A DNA stretch of 57,521 nucleotides, the filler included, from Piptocephalis cylindrospora (taxonomy: Eukaryota), in assembly GCA_003614145.1 (NCBI GenBank). It is 4 parts of 4 records of this genome, joined end to end, with 100 filler letters (N's around TTAATTAATTAA, not from the genome) between each part and the next. Parts side by side here need not be neighbours in the genome. Positions count along the whole stretch, not along the records: positions 1 to 14,370 come from KZ987921.1; 3 more parts are not named here. One strand, given 5' to 3'. The translations under genes and the position numbers were made by a program. Under the pieces are notes generated by a model that saw only the letters and a program-made list of their open reading frames with translations, had not been told where the DNA came from and searched no databases. Positions 1 to 11,880 of the stretch are shown here, piece after piece. Each line of letters opens with the position of its first letter. Within the stretch, counting starts at the first letter, position 1.

Positions 1-677
1 CCCCTCCCCCCCCCCCCCCCCCCACCGCGGTCGGGTGCGAGTGGGGGGCGGGGGTTACGGGGGAGGGCCGGGTTGGGGGGGGGGGGGGGGGGGGGGTATA
101 AGGGGCAGAAGGGGGGGGGGGGGGGGGGGATGGGGTTGTTGTTCGCGACTCTATGCTTGTTTCAGGGGCTAGAGGATCCTTGCTCTGACCATCACGCTAT
201 CTAAATGGACGCGTACACTTCTTTGACGCTCACTCGGGGCTCTTGTTTCAGGCCAAAAGGATGGCTTGAGACTTTCTTTCATCCCTTGGAGGATTACGTA
301 GACACATAGATAGAAGCCGCATGATTGACCATTCATATACACATCTACCTACATACACACACGTCAATTCCCTTACCACATGTACAGGTCAAGCTGGTCC
401 CGTGTATGTTGGTACTTGGATAAGCTGGTTGAACCGGTTTGCCAAGACATTTTTATAAGAAACGAACACTGTCTTTGTGGATAGAAGGCTTCTTGATCAG
501 GGCCTGAAGGGGGAAGGGGAGGAGGGGAGGGGGAGGGGGAGGGGGACGACCGTGAACGCGTGAGACAAGGTAGGATGGCATCATAATTTCAAATCTTATA
601 GGTCGTACAGTATTCATGCCATTGCTCACGACCTCATTGCTTCCAAGGGATCATGCAAGAACCGAACCGGATGATAT

Positions 678-1466
678 TCAATTCTCATCCTCTTCTTCAC
701 CCTCTTCGCCCGACATGGGTGGGTAAATTTGTAGGGCAAGAATGTGGGCTGTAGGATGATTCTGCTTTACAGCTTCCTTGAGTACACTGGGAAAGATATG
801 GAAAGGGGGGAGGGGAGGGGGATGAAGTGAGAAAGGCCATGGATGCACTTGCTCCCAAAGACGCAGATCCTTGATCATGTCTTGTCTTACCTGATACGAC
901 GAAATATCTCCCGAAGATCGGTCCACATCTCTTGCACCATGTGGATATGTGTGTTTAGATGCTGCTTGGTCTGAACATACCTGGACTCTGCTCTTTCCAC
1001 CGATGTCAAGGCCCGTTCCATGGATCCTCTCAGTAGCTCCAGTCTGGGGTTCAATAGGAGACGATATTAGTACAGGGAGAGGCCGAAGCAGAAGGTCCAG
1101 AATGGCCCAACTCCGATGGTCGACTTACGTTTCCCGCTGGGTCTCAAGGATCTCAGGATAAGCGGAGGGCTGAGTGGCCTTGGTCAGGCCTCGAGAAAAG
1201 GCCATGGAGGCCCTGGTAATGGGGATTCCTGGAGGGCTGGCCCCATCCCCCTGCCATGGCTCTGTCCGGCATCGAGACATCTCCAATCTGGGCATAGGCA
1301 GGAGAGGGGGGCTCAAGGGGGCAGGGACGCTGTTCAGATCCACCTCGGCCGTTGGGGAGGAGGGGGCGGTCAAGGACCTTCGAAGTGGAGCCCCACTAAA
1401 GGTCCTCCTCTTCAATAGAGGCCTTTTCGTAGGCGAGTTGGGTCGGGAGGATGGGCTCAGGGTCAT
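678..1466 (-). CDS. KXD1: KxDL-domain protein (BLOC-1/BORC subunit Kxd1-like), 3 exons: 1466-1129, 1043-891, 786-678
   Basis: Manual splicing at canonical GTAAGT..CAG (1128-1044) and GTAAGA..CAG (890-787) introns gives ...AFSRGLTKATQPSAYPEILETQRETLELLRGSMERALTSVERAESRYVQTKQHLNTHIHMVQEMWTDLREIFRRISVLKEAVKQNHPTAH..., matching the KxDL family pattern (EMKKDLDxIFRRIRxLKxKLxxxHP). Confidence 0.75.
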
Positions 1467-2277
1467 TTTATCAGGAGAGGGGAAGGGAGGAAGAGGAAGG
1501 GATCAAGTGTGGGAGAACCGGAGAAGGGGATGGCCAAAGAGACGCTGGCCGTATTAGAGAATGGGCAAGGACAAATAGGAAGAAGGAGGAGGGAAGGATG
1601 TTGAGAGCAGTGCAAAGATCATCTCTGGGAATCTATGATGAACAGGGATGGCCCGTCAAGCTTCATCCGGTCATATCGCCCTTCATCCCCTGTCCAAGCT
1701 GTGCCTGTTCCTACATGCTTATCTTAACCACACAGTAGGCTAGGACACATCTACACACCTCAAAGATGCAGATTTCTTCTTGGGTAGGCAGCTAGCATCC
1801 TGGATCGAAGAGTCCCGTGATCTTTGTCGTACGGATCCGTTGTTATCATCGATCCGGTATCCACATCTCTTCTTACTCATGAAATCCTCACGGCACAGTC
1901 CTTATTCATTTCAAACTCCTTCTCCGACCCAGTTTCAGAATCTGCTCCCTCCTCCATGGTTTGTATCAAAAAGGCGGTCATCTACCCTGACCATGCCCTA
2001 CTTATCTCCTGATCAGACAAGGATGGGTTACCGTGTGTCTCCTGGTCTTTTTTTAAGCAATTCATCATCTCTTCTAGGAACACGCCTGCACATCTTTACC
2101 TCTCTCTAGGTGTGCATCCCCCACACATTGTGATCAGTAGTGAAATTACCGCCCGCCAAGCATTCAACCGCCACACACCTCTCTCTCTCCCAGAACCAAC
2201 GCGATCCTTTCCTGTTCACCCTCCCTTCTTCCCTCCCTTCCTACCTACACCAGACCCTCCTTCCCTCTCATCCTAAT

Positions 2278-3172
2278 ATGTCCTCTACTGCAAAGTTTAC
2301 CGTTGGCAAGTTGGACGCCGGGATGGCCATCCTGCTCACGGATGATAACCGTCTGGTTGAATTCCCCTCCCTCCTCCTCCCCGCTGGCATTGCCCCAGGT
2401 CACATTGTCGCCATCTCCGTGATGCGCGACCCTAGCGCTGAAAGGTCTCGGCACTTTACATTCCGGGCACTACAGGACAAGATCCTCGCGGAGTTCGGTC
2501 AGTCCCCCCCAGCCAACCCGGATCTCAGTGTTCGGGGCGTCACCCAGACGAGCGTGACCCTATCCTGGGCTCCTTTTGACATGGCCAGTGCCGACTTGCA
2601 CCGTATTGAAGTGTATCGGGATGGACAACGTTGTGAGATTGCCTCTCCGCCCCTTGAGCAGGGTTGGGTCAAAGTAAGGTCATGTTCTGGGAGGCTTTCT
2701 TGGTCTTCTATCCACTTCACTTACACTCATGTATTCACATTCCCCTTCATACTAGGTTACTGGGCTTGAGGTGGACAAGGAGTACGAACTAGAGGTCCGA
2801 ATCATCACCACAGCCGGCACCTATCCCTCAGAAGTCCTCAAGGTCCGGACCCACGCCTTGGAGAATTTAAGTGGAATTTCTGTGGTCTTTGGCGCCTTTG
2901 AACGGGGAGAGCAGGAGGATGCTGTGAGTAGCGTCAAGGCCATCATTGAGCGAATCCACGGGAGGATCGTCGAAGAGGTAGGTCCTGATGCTACCCACGT
3001 CATTGCCCGGGTCCCCGAGGGCGATGTCTACAATGAAGCCAATCGATGGAATATTCCTGTCGTCCGACCCGAATGGATCATCGCCTGTGAGCAAAAGGGA
3101 AAAATTCAGCCCGTGGGCTCTTACTACGTCCGTGTCAGTCCGGCTAATGTACGTAACGTGGCTGATTTGTAG
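2278..3172 (+). CDS. CHS5: Exomer subunit Chs5 (CHS5_N, FN3 and BRCT domains); intron 2674-2755
   Basis: N-terminus FTVGKLDAGMAILLT..RLVEFPSLLLP is the Chs5 signature, followed by FN3 (VTQTSVTLSW) and BRCT (THVIA..NIPVVRPEWIIAC). The GTAAGG..TAG intron joins ORFs 2140-2769 and 2771-3172 in frame. Confidence 0.92.
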
Positions 3173-3422
3173 ACAGGAGAAGGGTAGAGGAATCATAGGG
3201 AATATGGGAGAGACAGGATGGAGAGGCACATCGTAAAGACATGGGTATAAAATACATTCAATCCTACTCGCTGTCCTGTGTGGGAGATGGAGGAAGGTGG
3301 TTACAGGCACAGACAGGTATCCTTTCTATGGGCGAGGATAATGATGGGGATGGTCATCGTAAGCCCGATCATATCCTCTCCTTGACTCGGGGATCATCCA
3401 TGATCATGATTGAGGAGCAACC

Positions 3423-4373
3423 TTAATAGAGGAATGGAACCATCCTCTTCACATCCCGAGGATACCCATCCAAGTGCCGCCAGCTCCAGTCTCTGTGGGT
3501 GGTGAGATGGGGAGATCAGCGGGGTCCGTAATAGATATATCCACTTGCTCCTTATAGCGCCCATCCTTACCTCGTCTGGTGACTCCTTCCGGCTAATTTG
3601 GCGGCAATGAGAAAGAGAACTCCATAGACGGCTCGACGATTGACGAGAAGGGCAAAGCTCAACCAGGCAAGGACTTCAAAGAAATAATGGGGACAAATGG
3701 CTCGGAGGAACCACCCACGTCGGGGTACCGCATAAGTCCTGTCCCCGTCCCCTGTTCGGAGGGATCGGAGAATGTAGTGATGGTAAAGGTTTCCCGCCCA
3801 GGCCACCATCATTAGTGGCAGACACCAGATCAGAGCTGGATACGTATTTTCACTAGGAGCTGGAGGCCGATGGAAGATGGAGTGGATGCAAATGGCCATG
3901 ATCCCTAGATTTGCCAAAACCATGTAGAGGGCCATGGCGTAGCTCACCTCCCCCGAGTACCTGAGGGGATGGGTGGGAGGGTAAATGAAGGAGGAAAAAC
4001 GATGTCACGTCTGCTTGCATCCAGAGTCACTCCTCACATACCAATGAACATAACGACTTTCCAATAACCGCTTCCCATACTGGCCAAAGAGGAAAAGACC
4101 AGTCATGACATGGTAAGGGGAGCCCCAGGACCCATGCTCACTGTACATGACTAGGGCAAGAGCCAGGGCGATCGCGTACGTCAGAACCGAGGAGGACCGT
4201 GCGGGGAGGGCACCTTTTCGTAATAGCCGAGATACCCGTCGAGGGAGGCGGTGTCGACTCTGAGGGTTTTGAAAACGACCGTACGGGGCATTGAAGAGAC
4301 CCGTATGTTCAGCGCAGCCCACGAGAACCCCCAAGCCCATAAGGCTTAGGGTAAGGAGGGAGTCAAAGCGCAT
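3423..4373 (-). CDS. 3-oxo-5-alpha-steroid 4-dehydrogenase / enoyl reductase family membrane protein (SRD5A/DET2/Tsc13-like), 3 exons
   Basis: Motifs YGRF, KRLLE..YVH, GNLYHHYILRSLR..Y.VP.RGWF..ICPHYFFEVLAW. The spliced last exon reads RDWSWRHLDGYPRDVKRMVPFLY*. Introns at 4041-3961 and 3570-about 3493. Confidence 0.88.
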
Positions 4374-5066
4374 CGGGCTGGATATGGTATGTTTGAGATC
4401 AGGCTAGAGCCCTAGGCAAAGTGTGCCTCGGTGGGATAAACGAAAACTGGGAGGGACGGGGGGAGGGGTCCGATCAGAAGAGAAGCGAGCCCGATCAGAA
4501 AGTGCGAACAGACAAGGATAGAGGACGGAGGAAAGGATGGACGGCATGTCAACTTTATCCTCTCGCTCTCTCTTCGCCTGGTCTCTTTTCATCCTACTGT
4601 CCATCTGAACGCGGGTGCAGATGGGCGGACAATGATGAATGAAGGGAGATGGTGTGCGGCTGTATCCTGCTAGCACTGGGATAATGGTTGTAAGAACCTA
4701 CCGTCCATTCACAACGCCCCCGTGGAGGTCAGTGGGCGGTATGGTACGAGGTCAAGATATAGGGATCTGGTGCAGTATGGCAAGACCCTCTTCCCATCTA
4801 CCCATCCATCTCCGCACAAGCTACATAGTCGGGCTACTGGGCTTGGGCCAATATGCAGATAAGAAGGCGAGAGACGGCCTTGGATTCTCCTTGCTACTCT
4901 TCAATGCATCTAGTGAATTGATAGAAATGGAGAATTGGTGGAGTTGGAGAATAGCTGTAAGCAAGGGATAAATGCACCTTTACCACGAGGAAGGATCACC
5001 GCCCGATAAGGGTTCATTCACCCTAACCAGTCCCCATCTTGATCATCTCTATTCTTTACACCATCA

Positions 5067-6763
5067 TCACACAGTATGGTTGGAGGAGACTAGAGCAAGC
5101 ATATCTCTCCCAGAGACCATCTTGTACCCTTGGACCCATTGTCGCACCTGAACATCCTTCTTTCCCTCAAGACGGACCTTCCTTACTTGAATACTGGTCC
5201 CTTGAGCGCATTGAATTTTGACCCGATCCATCTTGTCTGAATCCCAGTACACTGTCCCTGGGGTATAGGGCGTCTGGTTCTGACCCTCGTCCATATCCAT
5301 ATCAAGAAGTTGGATGCGTAAGCCGCGAAAGGTAGAGAATATTGGGGTACGATATCCCAGGGCCCGATGGGCACGTGTGATGTCCAGAGCTGTTTGCTCC
5401 CCCCATCTAGCCTCGGACATTTCCTTGGTCACCTTGGGTGCTAAAACTCCCGCTTCACTTTGCTCCCTTGCCTTCTCCTATTGAAGGATGGAATGACGAT
5501 GATGTTGGAGGGGAGGTGGAAATGGGCAAGTACCGCTGATCTTATCACAGACTGCACTTACCCTGACATGGTCATAGTCCCTTAGGGTTCTTATGAGCAG
5601 GTCAGATGCTTCCTTGGCTAGAGCTTCCTCGAGGGCTAGATAATTCACATTTGGCAGGACGGGCTAATCCGAGGAGATAAGCACCTGAAATCTCCGAGCC
5701 TTCTCTCTCCCCTCATACGTCCATCCCCCAATATGATGAACAAGGACATACCATGCGCGCTTGAGAGAGGATCCGACCGGCATCAAAAGCCTTGGGGGAA
5801 ACCTCCTGGACTGTCACTCCTGTCTCAGGGTCTCCCTGAAGGATGGTGTGTTGAATGGGAGCTGCTCCTCGGAATCTAATCATGAGTATGGGAGGATCAG
5901 AATGAGTATCTTTCTCTTTTTCTCCTCACACATCATCCTTCATCTATGGTCCTACCGGGGAAGAAGGGAGGGATGGACATTGATGCATCCCAGAGGAAAT
6001 TGCTTTAGGAGCCGATGAGGAAGAAAGTGACCAAAAGACACGACCACCCCCATCTCTGAATCTGCCGGAACCTAGCATTGGGGAGGCATGCTTCACTGAT
6101 CAATAGACGGAGGAAGGGATGTGAATCCGCACCATTCTTCATCTACCTCGTATCCTTTTATCAAGGGAAATGGTACTGTATGCACTGGAATAGACTCGGT
6201 TTGGGCAAATGTCTTGACTGGCACTATTCCCGTCTCCCCATAGCAGTTCCTTGGTGTGAGGATCGATGTGGTATGGCCAGCAACGCGTGATCCTCTCCAT
6301 ATGCTTAGCATCGCTAACTATTTACCTGGTTGAGTTTTCCAGCCCCTTCCTGAAGGTTTATCGGGCGTGCAAGTCACCTCCAGATCCGATACGCACCCAG
6401 ATTCATTATCTAACCAAGGTGAGGGTAAAGGATCAGTGTTCTAGGAGCCATACACCTCATTCCACTCCCCCTCCTCTCTCCCACAGTCTGGGGGGACATA
6501 GGAGACATAAGAGACATAAGTCTTCTACCTCGCAATTCTTTGACCAGCGCCTGGAAGACAGTGAGAGCAAACCGGTCATTGCCATAAAACATGATGCGCA
6601 ACGGTTTTTGCCTTATCTTCCTTTTGCTTTCTCTCTCTGTGGTGTATTTTGGTGGACCGTGACTATAGCCAAGGCCCGTCCATAGAAGTCCAGGGCCAGA
6701 CCAAGCTGAGACGCGTTGACCTCTCAGCCCACGGAAGGAGGTATAACCAAGAAGTACGGACAT
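5067..6763 (-). CDS. FMT1: Mitochondrial methionyl-tRNA formyltransferase (multi-exon; internal boundaries approximate)
   Basis: Arg/Ser-rich N-terminal presequence, then LRIMFYGNDRFA, VVSFGHFLP, GCINVHPSLLPR|FRGAAPIQHTILQGD..TGVTVQ..FDAGRIL, and a C-terminal APKVTKE..EGKK formyltransferase domain. Confidence 0.9.
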
Positions 6764-7055
6764 GTTCAAAAGGTACTTGAGTTGACTGGGCGCGAGATGG
6801 GCCTTTTGGACAAAGGAATAAACAACGAGTAACTTTGAGTTTGTTTCTCCATTCCTCCCTGCTTGGATCCGCTTTCCACCATCGCGTTCAATCGTTTCCC
6901 TAGCGAACCAGAGTGTGGGATTTGGTCGCTAGCGCGTCCGATCCGTCCCTATGCGTAATATTCTTGAGGTCGTCTATGTATCAAAGCATCCATGAAAACC
7001 CACCACAACTTGAGTAGCTTGTACAGCCGAGTTTATTTGTTTATCTTGAAACAAG

Positions 7056-7418
7056 TCAATGATTTAAAAGGAGAGAGCTTGAACGTAAAGAAGATAAAAT
7101 ATCGTTGATCCAATCTTGGCAATCACGGTAGGACCCATCAGGATTAGGACGGGAAGGATCAGGAGCAGGGAGAGAGCGTTGACAATGGAGAGAAAATGCG
7201 TCTACGTCTAGGGTATAGCCGACACACACGCTGGAAAGATAGCGAGGAGAGAAATTAATAGGATTGATTCGGGCATCAATCCACATGATAGAACGCTTGT
7301 CGCCTAACGCTTGAATTAAAAGGCCTTTTTCATTGACAGGATCATTCCCTACGAACAAAGCCTGATGCTCGCGGTTGTTTTTGGCAGCAGCATAGGTTGC
7401 AATATAGACACTTTCCAT
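7056..7418 (-). CDS. Small protein of fungal DUF6540-like family (HxALFV...CQxW)
   Basis: 120-aa uninterrupted ORF with VY..Y....REHQALFV...G..G..M...S....VG...C...P.P...RDCQDW...L..L pattern, recalled from the fungal DUF6540 family. Confidence 0.65.
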   Translation of the reverse strand: MESVYIATYAAAKNNREHQALFVGNDPVNEKGLLIQALGDKRSIMWIDARINPINFSPRYLSSVCVGYTLDVDAFSLHCQRSLPAPDPSRPNPDGSYRDCQDWINDILSSLRSSSLLLNH

Positions 7419-8224
7419 GCTCCAGTCTGATTAAATGTGAGGCTGAGCTCGAGAGAAAGAAGAGGGGGGAGTTGGGCACACACGCTGCTCTTACAGAGAG
7501 GAGAGGAAGAGAAATGAAGTGAGGCAAAGTAGTAAGGACGAGTGACGATGCCATCCAATGGAACAGGTAGGAAGAGTAATGAACACGGGTTATAGGGCTA
7601 TCACTTGGTCAAAAAGAAAGGACGACTGAAGTGGATGGAATGGAGTGGAATATGGTGAGGGGAGGGGAAGAGGAGAGGAAGAGAATGAAATGAGCTGATA
7701 AAGAAGAAACAGCCTTTATAAAATGTGCATAGTATGAGTGCTTTTGTGTCGTTTTCGATGATGGACAATCAGACTATTGACCAGCATATCATCTCCCCTC
7801 TCTCACCCCCTCCTTCATCAACTGATCCAAAGTCTCGGATGACTCACAGATCGACCTGTTCAGATCCACAATGACTTTGATGACCAAGGCTGTCCTTGGC
7901 GCATTGGTAAGGAGCTTTGCCAAGGGCACAGTGGACCGATCCGTCTTATCTCTTTCTCCTATTAACGCCTTTCCTCTTGCCACACTTGTCGGAGGGGAGG
8001 CGTGAGAGGATGACACATTTGCTCTCCTCTCATGCCCATTCGTTCTTCCCTGCCCTTGATCACCCAGAATGCATATGTCCTTTTGTCTTGATCAGCGTGG
8101 CGCCTAGGAATCCTGGTGAGTGAATAGGCATAAATACCCACTGCACGCCCTCCCATCCCGCCTCATCTTCCCATTTCACCTCATCCCACTCCATCATCCC
8201 AATCTACAGCCTCATTCCCCCATC

Positions 8225-8833
8225 ATGGTCGCTAAACTCAATATCATCATCTATTCCATGTACGGGCATGTCTACACCCTGGCCAAATCCATCCAGATGG
8301 GTGCGCAAAAGGTCCCAGGCGTCGAGGTGACTTTGTCCCAAATTGCCGAAACCCTGTCGGATGAGGTCCTTACCAAGATGCATGCCCCGCCCAAGCCTGA
8401 GCTCCCCATTATGGATCCCAGCGACCTGCCCAACTACGATGGCTACCTCTTCGGCATCCCTACCCGCTATGGCAATTCCCCAGCCCAGTGGAGAACTTTT
8501 TGGGACAAAACCGGAGGTCTGTGGGCCAAGGGTGGCCTAGTCGGCAAGTCTGCCGGTACCTTCTTCTCCACCGGTTCCCAACACGGCGGTCAGGAAACCA
8601 CTGCGCTTACCTTCATCACCACCCTTGCCCATCATGGTATCAATTACGTGCCCCTTGGATACACTCATCCTGCTCTCACGGATAACTCCGAGGTCGTGGG
8701 AGGTAGTGCCTATGGCGCTGGAACAGTCGTCGGGGGTGATGGATCCCGTCAGCCCTCAGAAAAGGAATTGTCTATTGCCGCCGCTCAAGGTGAAGCCTTT
8801 GCCCGGTACTTGGTGAAGCAGACTTCCTCCTGA
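8225..8833 (+). CDS. Flavodoxin-like NAD(P)H:quinone oxidoreductase, WrbA/Pst2/Ycp4 family
   Basis: IIIYSMYGHV, FGIPTRYG, FWDKTGGLW..G.L.GK..G.F.STGSQHGGQETT and GGSAYGAGT..G.DGSRQPS motifs; intronless; ATG at 8225. Confidence 0.95.
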   Translation: MVAKLNIIIYSMYGHVYTLAKSIQMGAQKVPGVEVTLSQIAETLSDEVLTKMHAPPKPELPIMDPSDLPNYDGYLFGIPTRYGNSPAQWRTFWDKTGGLWAKGGLVGKSAGTFFSTGSQHGGQETTALTFITTLAHHGINYVPLGYTHPALTDNSEVVGGSAYGAGTVVGGDGSRQPSEKELSIAAAQGEAFARYLVKQTSS

Positions 8834-9140
8834 ATGTGCGGCAACAGACATGCCTCTCCCTGCCCATCTTCAATGAACATCAGTGACATTTGATCATCAC
8901 TCGTTATCCCTGTTTCATCACTACACCAACGTACATTCTCTACCACTAAATAGACACAAATGCTCGCCTATTCATTGCTTCTGCTCACAACTCAAAATTC
9001 CCTTTGGTTGTCCCCCTTCCCCATATTCCATCCATACTCTTCTCATCAGCATAAACGTGAGCTACACAGCGGTTGATTGGTTCTAAGAAAAGAAAATTAG
9101 CGAGTGCCATCACCTTGGCGCTCACCTCAGAGACCAATAG

Positions 9141-11265
9141 TTAGTTATTTACCCTGCTGCTTTGCACATAGATCGGTTCAAAAGCTCCGGCTTGCCGAAC
9201 ATGCACGACATCCTTGCTGGCTAGGGCAAGAAGATCAAAGAAAACCTGGGCAGCTGCTGGTCTCCTTCGAGGCCTGGAAGATCCCAGTACCTTCTCATTC
9301 CCCTCCTTTTCCATCACATCCTCTAGAAGGGTGGGGAAGGGCGCCTCGGCGGCCTTGCCTTGCTTATCGAGACTGCTCAAAATTATATCTGTCGTCCTCC
9401 TCTCCCTTTGGCTGGCCTCTTGAGAGAGAGTCAATGGGGAAGTCAAAGCGACTGGAAGAATATTATCCATACCCGGCGCTTCTCCTCTTTCTGGCGGGGC
9501 TCCCTCCACCTCACTCCCTTCCATGGACAGCATTCCCCCCTGAACCTCTATTTCTGGCTCCTCCCCGATGTCACCCAGGAGGAAAGACCCATCCTGGATG
9601 TGAAGGTCTACACGTTATTTTCCGGGAGTATGGGGAGGGATGGGGTAAATAAAAAGAAACTCTAACAGATAATCACGAGTCCTAACCATCCCACTACATA
9701 CCATCCAACCCTTCCAAGGGTAGGGATGTATTGACCCCTTGGCCCTCTTCAGGTGCTACCCCATCCTCCTTTCCATTCTGGCTTTGACGCTTACTGGATC
9801 CTTCGGGAGCTTGGAAGAGGGAGGAAAGGACCTTGGGGATGCCAAGGGGAGCATCGTCGATGTAGTGAGAGGCAGCATCTGAGGAAGTTAGCAGGTTCCT
9901 TAGGAGCATTTCCTCCCTGGACAACCCCTTCTGGGACACCAACTATATGATGAGGAAAGAAGAATTAATGATGGTGAATCCTAGATCTCTAGATTGTAAA
10001 TGGAAGAAAGGAGGAAAAGGAGGGAGAGAGGAGGTGATTCTAGCATATTTCCAGCCCTTACCTTATCGTTCTTGCTTATGACTCGGCGATCAGCAAGGGT
10101 GGGAACCGAGTCAAGAGTAACCTGGGAATCCACTAGTACCACCCTCTTCCTCTTGCCAAGGATCCTGTCCCTTCCTGGCCTTTTCTGGTGGGTAAAGACA
10201 TCTTCGGTGATAGAGAGATCGGCTATGATGAGGAAAAGGAAGAGTAATCAGTTAGTGGATAGATTATCTCAAAGGAGCCGCCATTACAATTCCTCAGACA
10301 CACCTGGACCAAGAGGATCATTCGAAAAGGGATCTTCACCGAGAGCGTCCATGGAAAGATCCATCTCCCCAAGCATGGACATGCCATCCATCGATCCGGG
10401 TCCCGAGCCTGCCTTGTCCATCATCAATGGGTCTTGGCTGAGAAAGTCGTCCATGCCATCGAGAGGGTCATGTATAGAGCCATCAGGAAGTGCATGTCGA
10501 ACTTGTTCAATTTCCATCGAGTCATTTCCGCCGAAAGGGGACCCAGGGGAGCCTAGACCCGGGAGATGCATGGGTGTAGAGCTTCCAGCACGAAGCATCC
10601 CATCCATCTCGCTACTCCCTTCCTGGCTAGGCAGTGATGAGAGGGTAAGGCTGTAGGCTAAACCATTCATGGTTCCTTGAGAGCTGTGACGGATGTTCAG
10701 GAATGGGGAAAGTAGGATGAGATATGGTGGACCAGCAGAAGGGTCGGATATCAAGCAAAGGTGATGAATTACCCAAAGCCCAGACCCTCATCTGCCAGAG
10801 TCAAATCCAGCCCATTCATTTGATCCGACAGAGTAATGGAGTGCAGATGCTGCGATCGAAAGCCCTGCTGAGCCTGAGTAAGATCTAGAGAGGAGGTATC
10901 CCTGGGGAGGGATGCGGCGTGGAAGGCCAAGCGGATGCGAACGCTAGCTTCCCCACAATCCTCCATAAGGTACTTGGTCTTACGAGAATAAATACGTGCT
11001 ACACCAAGAAGCAACTGTCCAGAAAGTCTCAGGGCCATCCTTCCCTGTTCCTCCTCTTCCTGCACCTTTCCTACATAGAGGACGCGAGAAAGGCTGTCAG
11101 TAATGATCTTCTTCTCAGATGTAGTATCAGAAAAAGCGTACGAACGGAGTTAGTAATATCAGTTTGAAGTAGTTGGGACTTGGTCAACTTGCGCTCCCAA
11201 TGAGCGGCGAGCCAGACCTTGGCCAGTGAGCCCTTACGGGAGAGGATGGCCTCAGAGAAGAACAT
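9141..11265 (-). CDS. RAD21: Cohesin kleisin subunit Rad21/Scc1/Rec8 family (multi-exon)
   Basis: N-terminal MFFSEAILSRKGSLAKVWLAAHWERKL..ALRLSGQLLLGVARIYSRKTKYLMEDC, and C-terminal winged helix AAQVFFDLLALASKDVVHVRQAGAFEPI. Confidence 0.92.
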
Positions 11266-11880
11266 GTATGTGCGAGGCGATACAATGAGATAATGAGCAA
11301 AGTCCCTACGCAAAAGGGAAGAGGCGGCGAAGTCAGGAGGAGCAATTTAGGAGAAAGGAGAGAGAGGTAAAGGAAAGACAGCTTAGGAGGGTGGTAGCAA
11401 TGTCCCTCAACCTAAGTCTGAGTTGGGACAGGCGCAGTAGCGGAGAGAACGCGACGCGCGGTCGAAACATCAATAAAGCGATTCTGAGCCAAATTGACTC
11501 ACACTGATCATTTTTAGTTCATAGCCATGCAGAGTTATTGGATGAACCCAAACGTAGACACCAGATGCATCTAACCCTTGTCTACATATCGATATTCAAG
11601 ACCATTGAGGATGGTGAGTATAGAAAGACTAGTGAAAACATAGTTAGTGAAGATCAAATCGCTCATAGAGAGGCCATGCCTTCTGCAGCCATAGACATAG
11701 AAGAGGCAGAGGACATGCCTTATTGAATCTTAATTTTCTCCTGCATAAAGCTAAAAAGATAAACACCATACACATCAAGATGGGTACATGGTCATTTGCA
11801 GGGCCGTTTATTCGATCCTCCCTACTTCAAGATTCATGTGATGAAGAGAGGTTCGTGTGTTGTTATGGACAGGAGCCCCA

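Noticed and set aside
1..135. Long G and C homopolymer runs (G-quadruplex-like)
   Set aside because: At a contig edge; typical low-quality poly-G/C sequence, no evidence of function.
140..510. Possible minus-strand exons with splice-like signals (PDQEAFYPQRQC...)
   Set aside because: No start codon or recognisable homology; could not build a consistent gene model.
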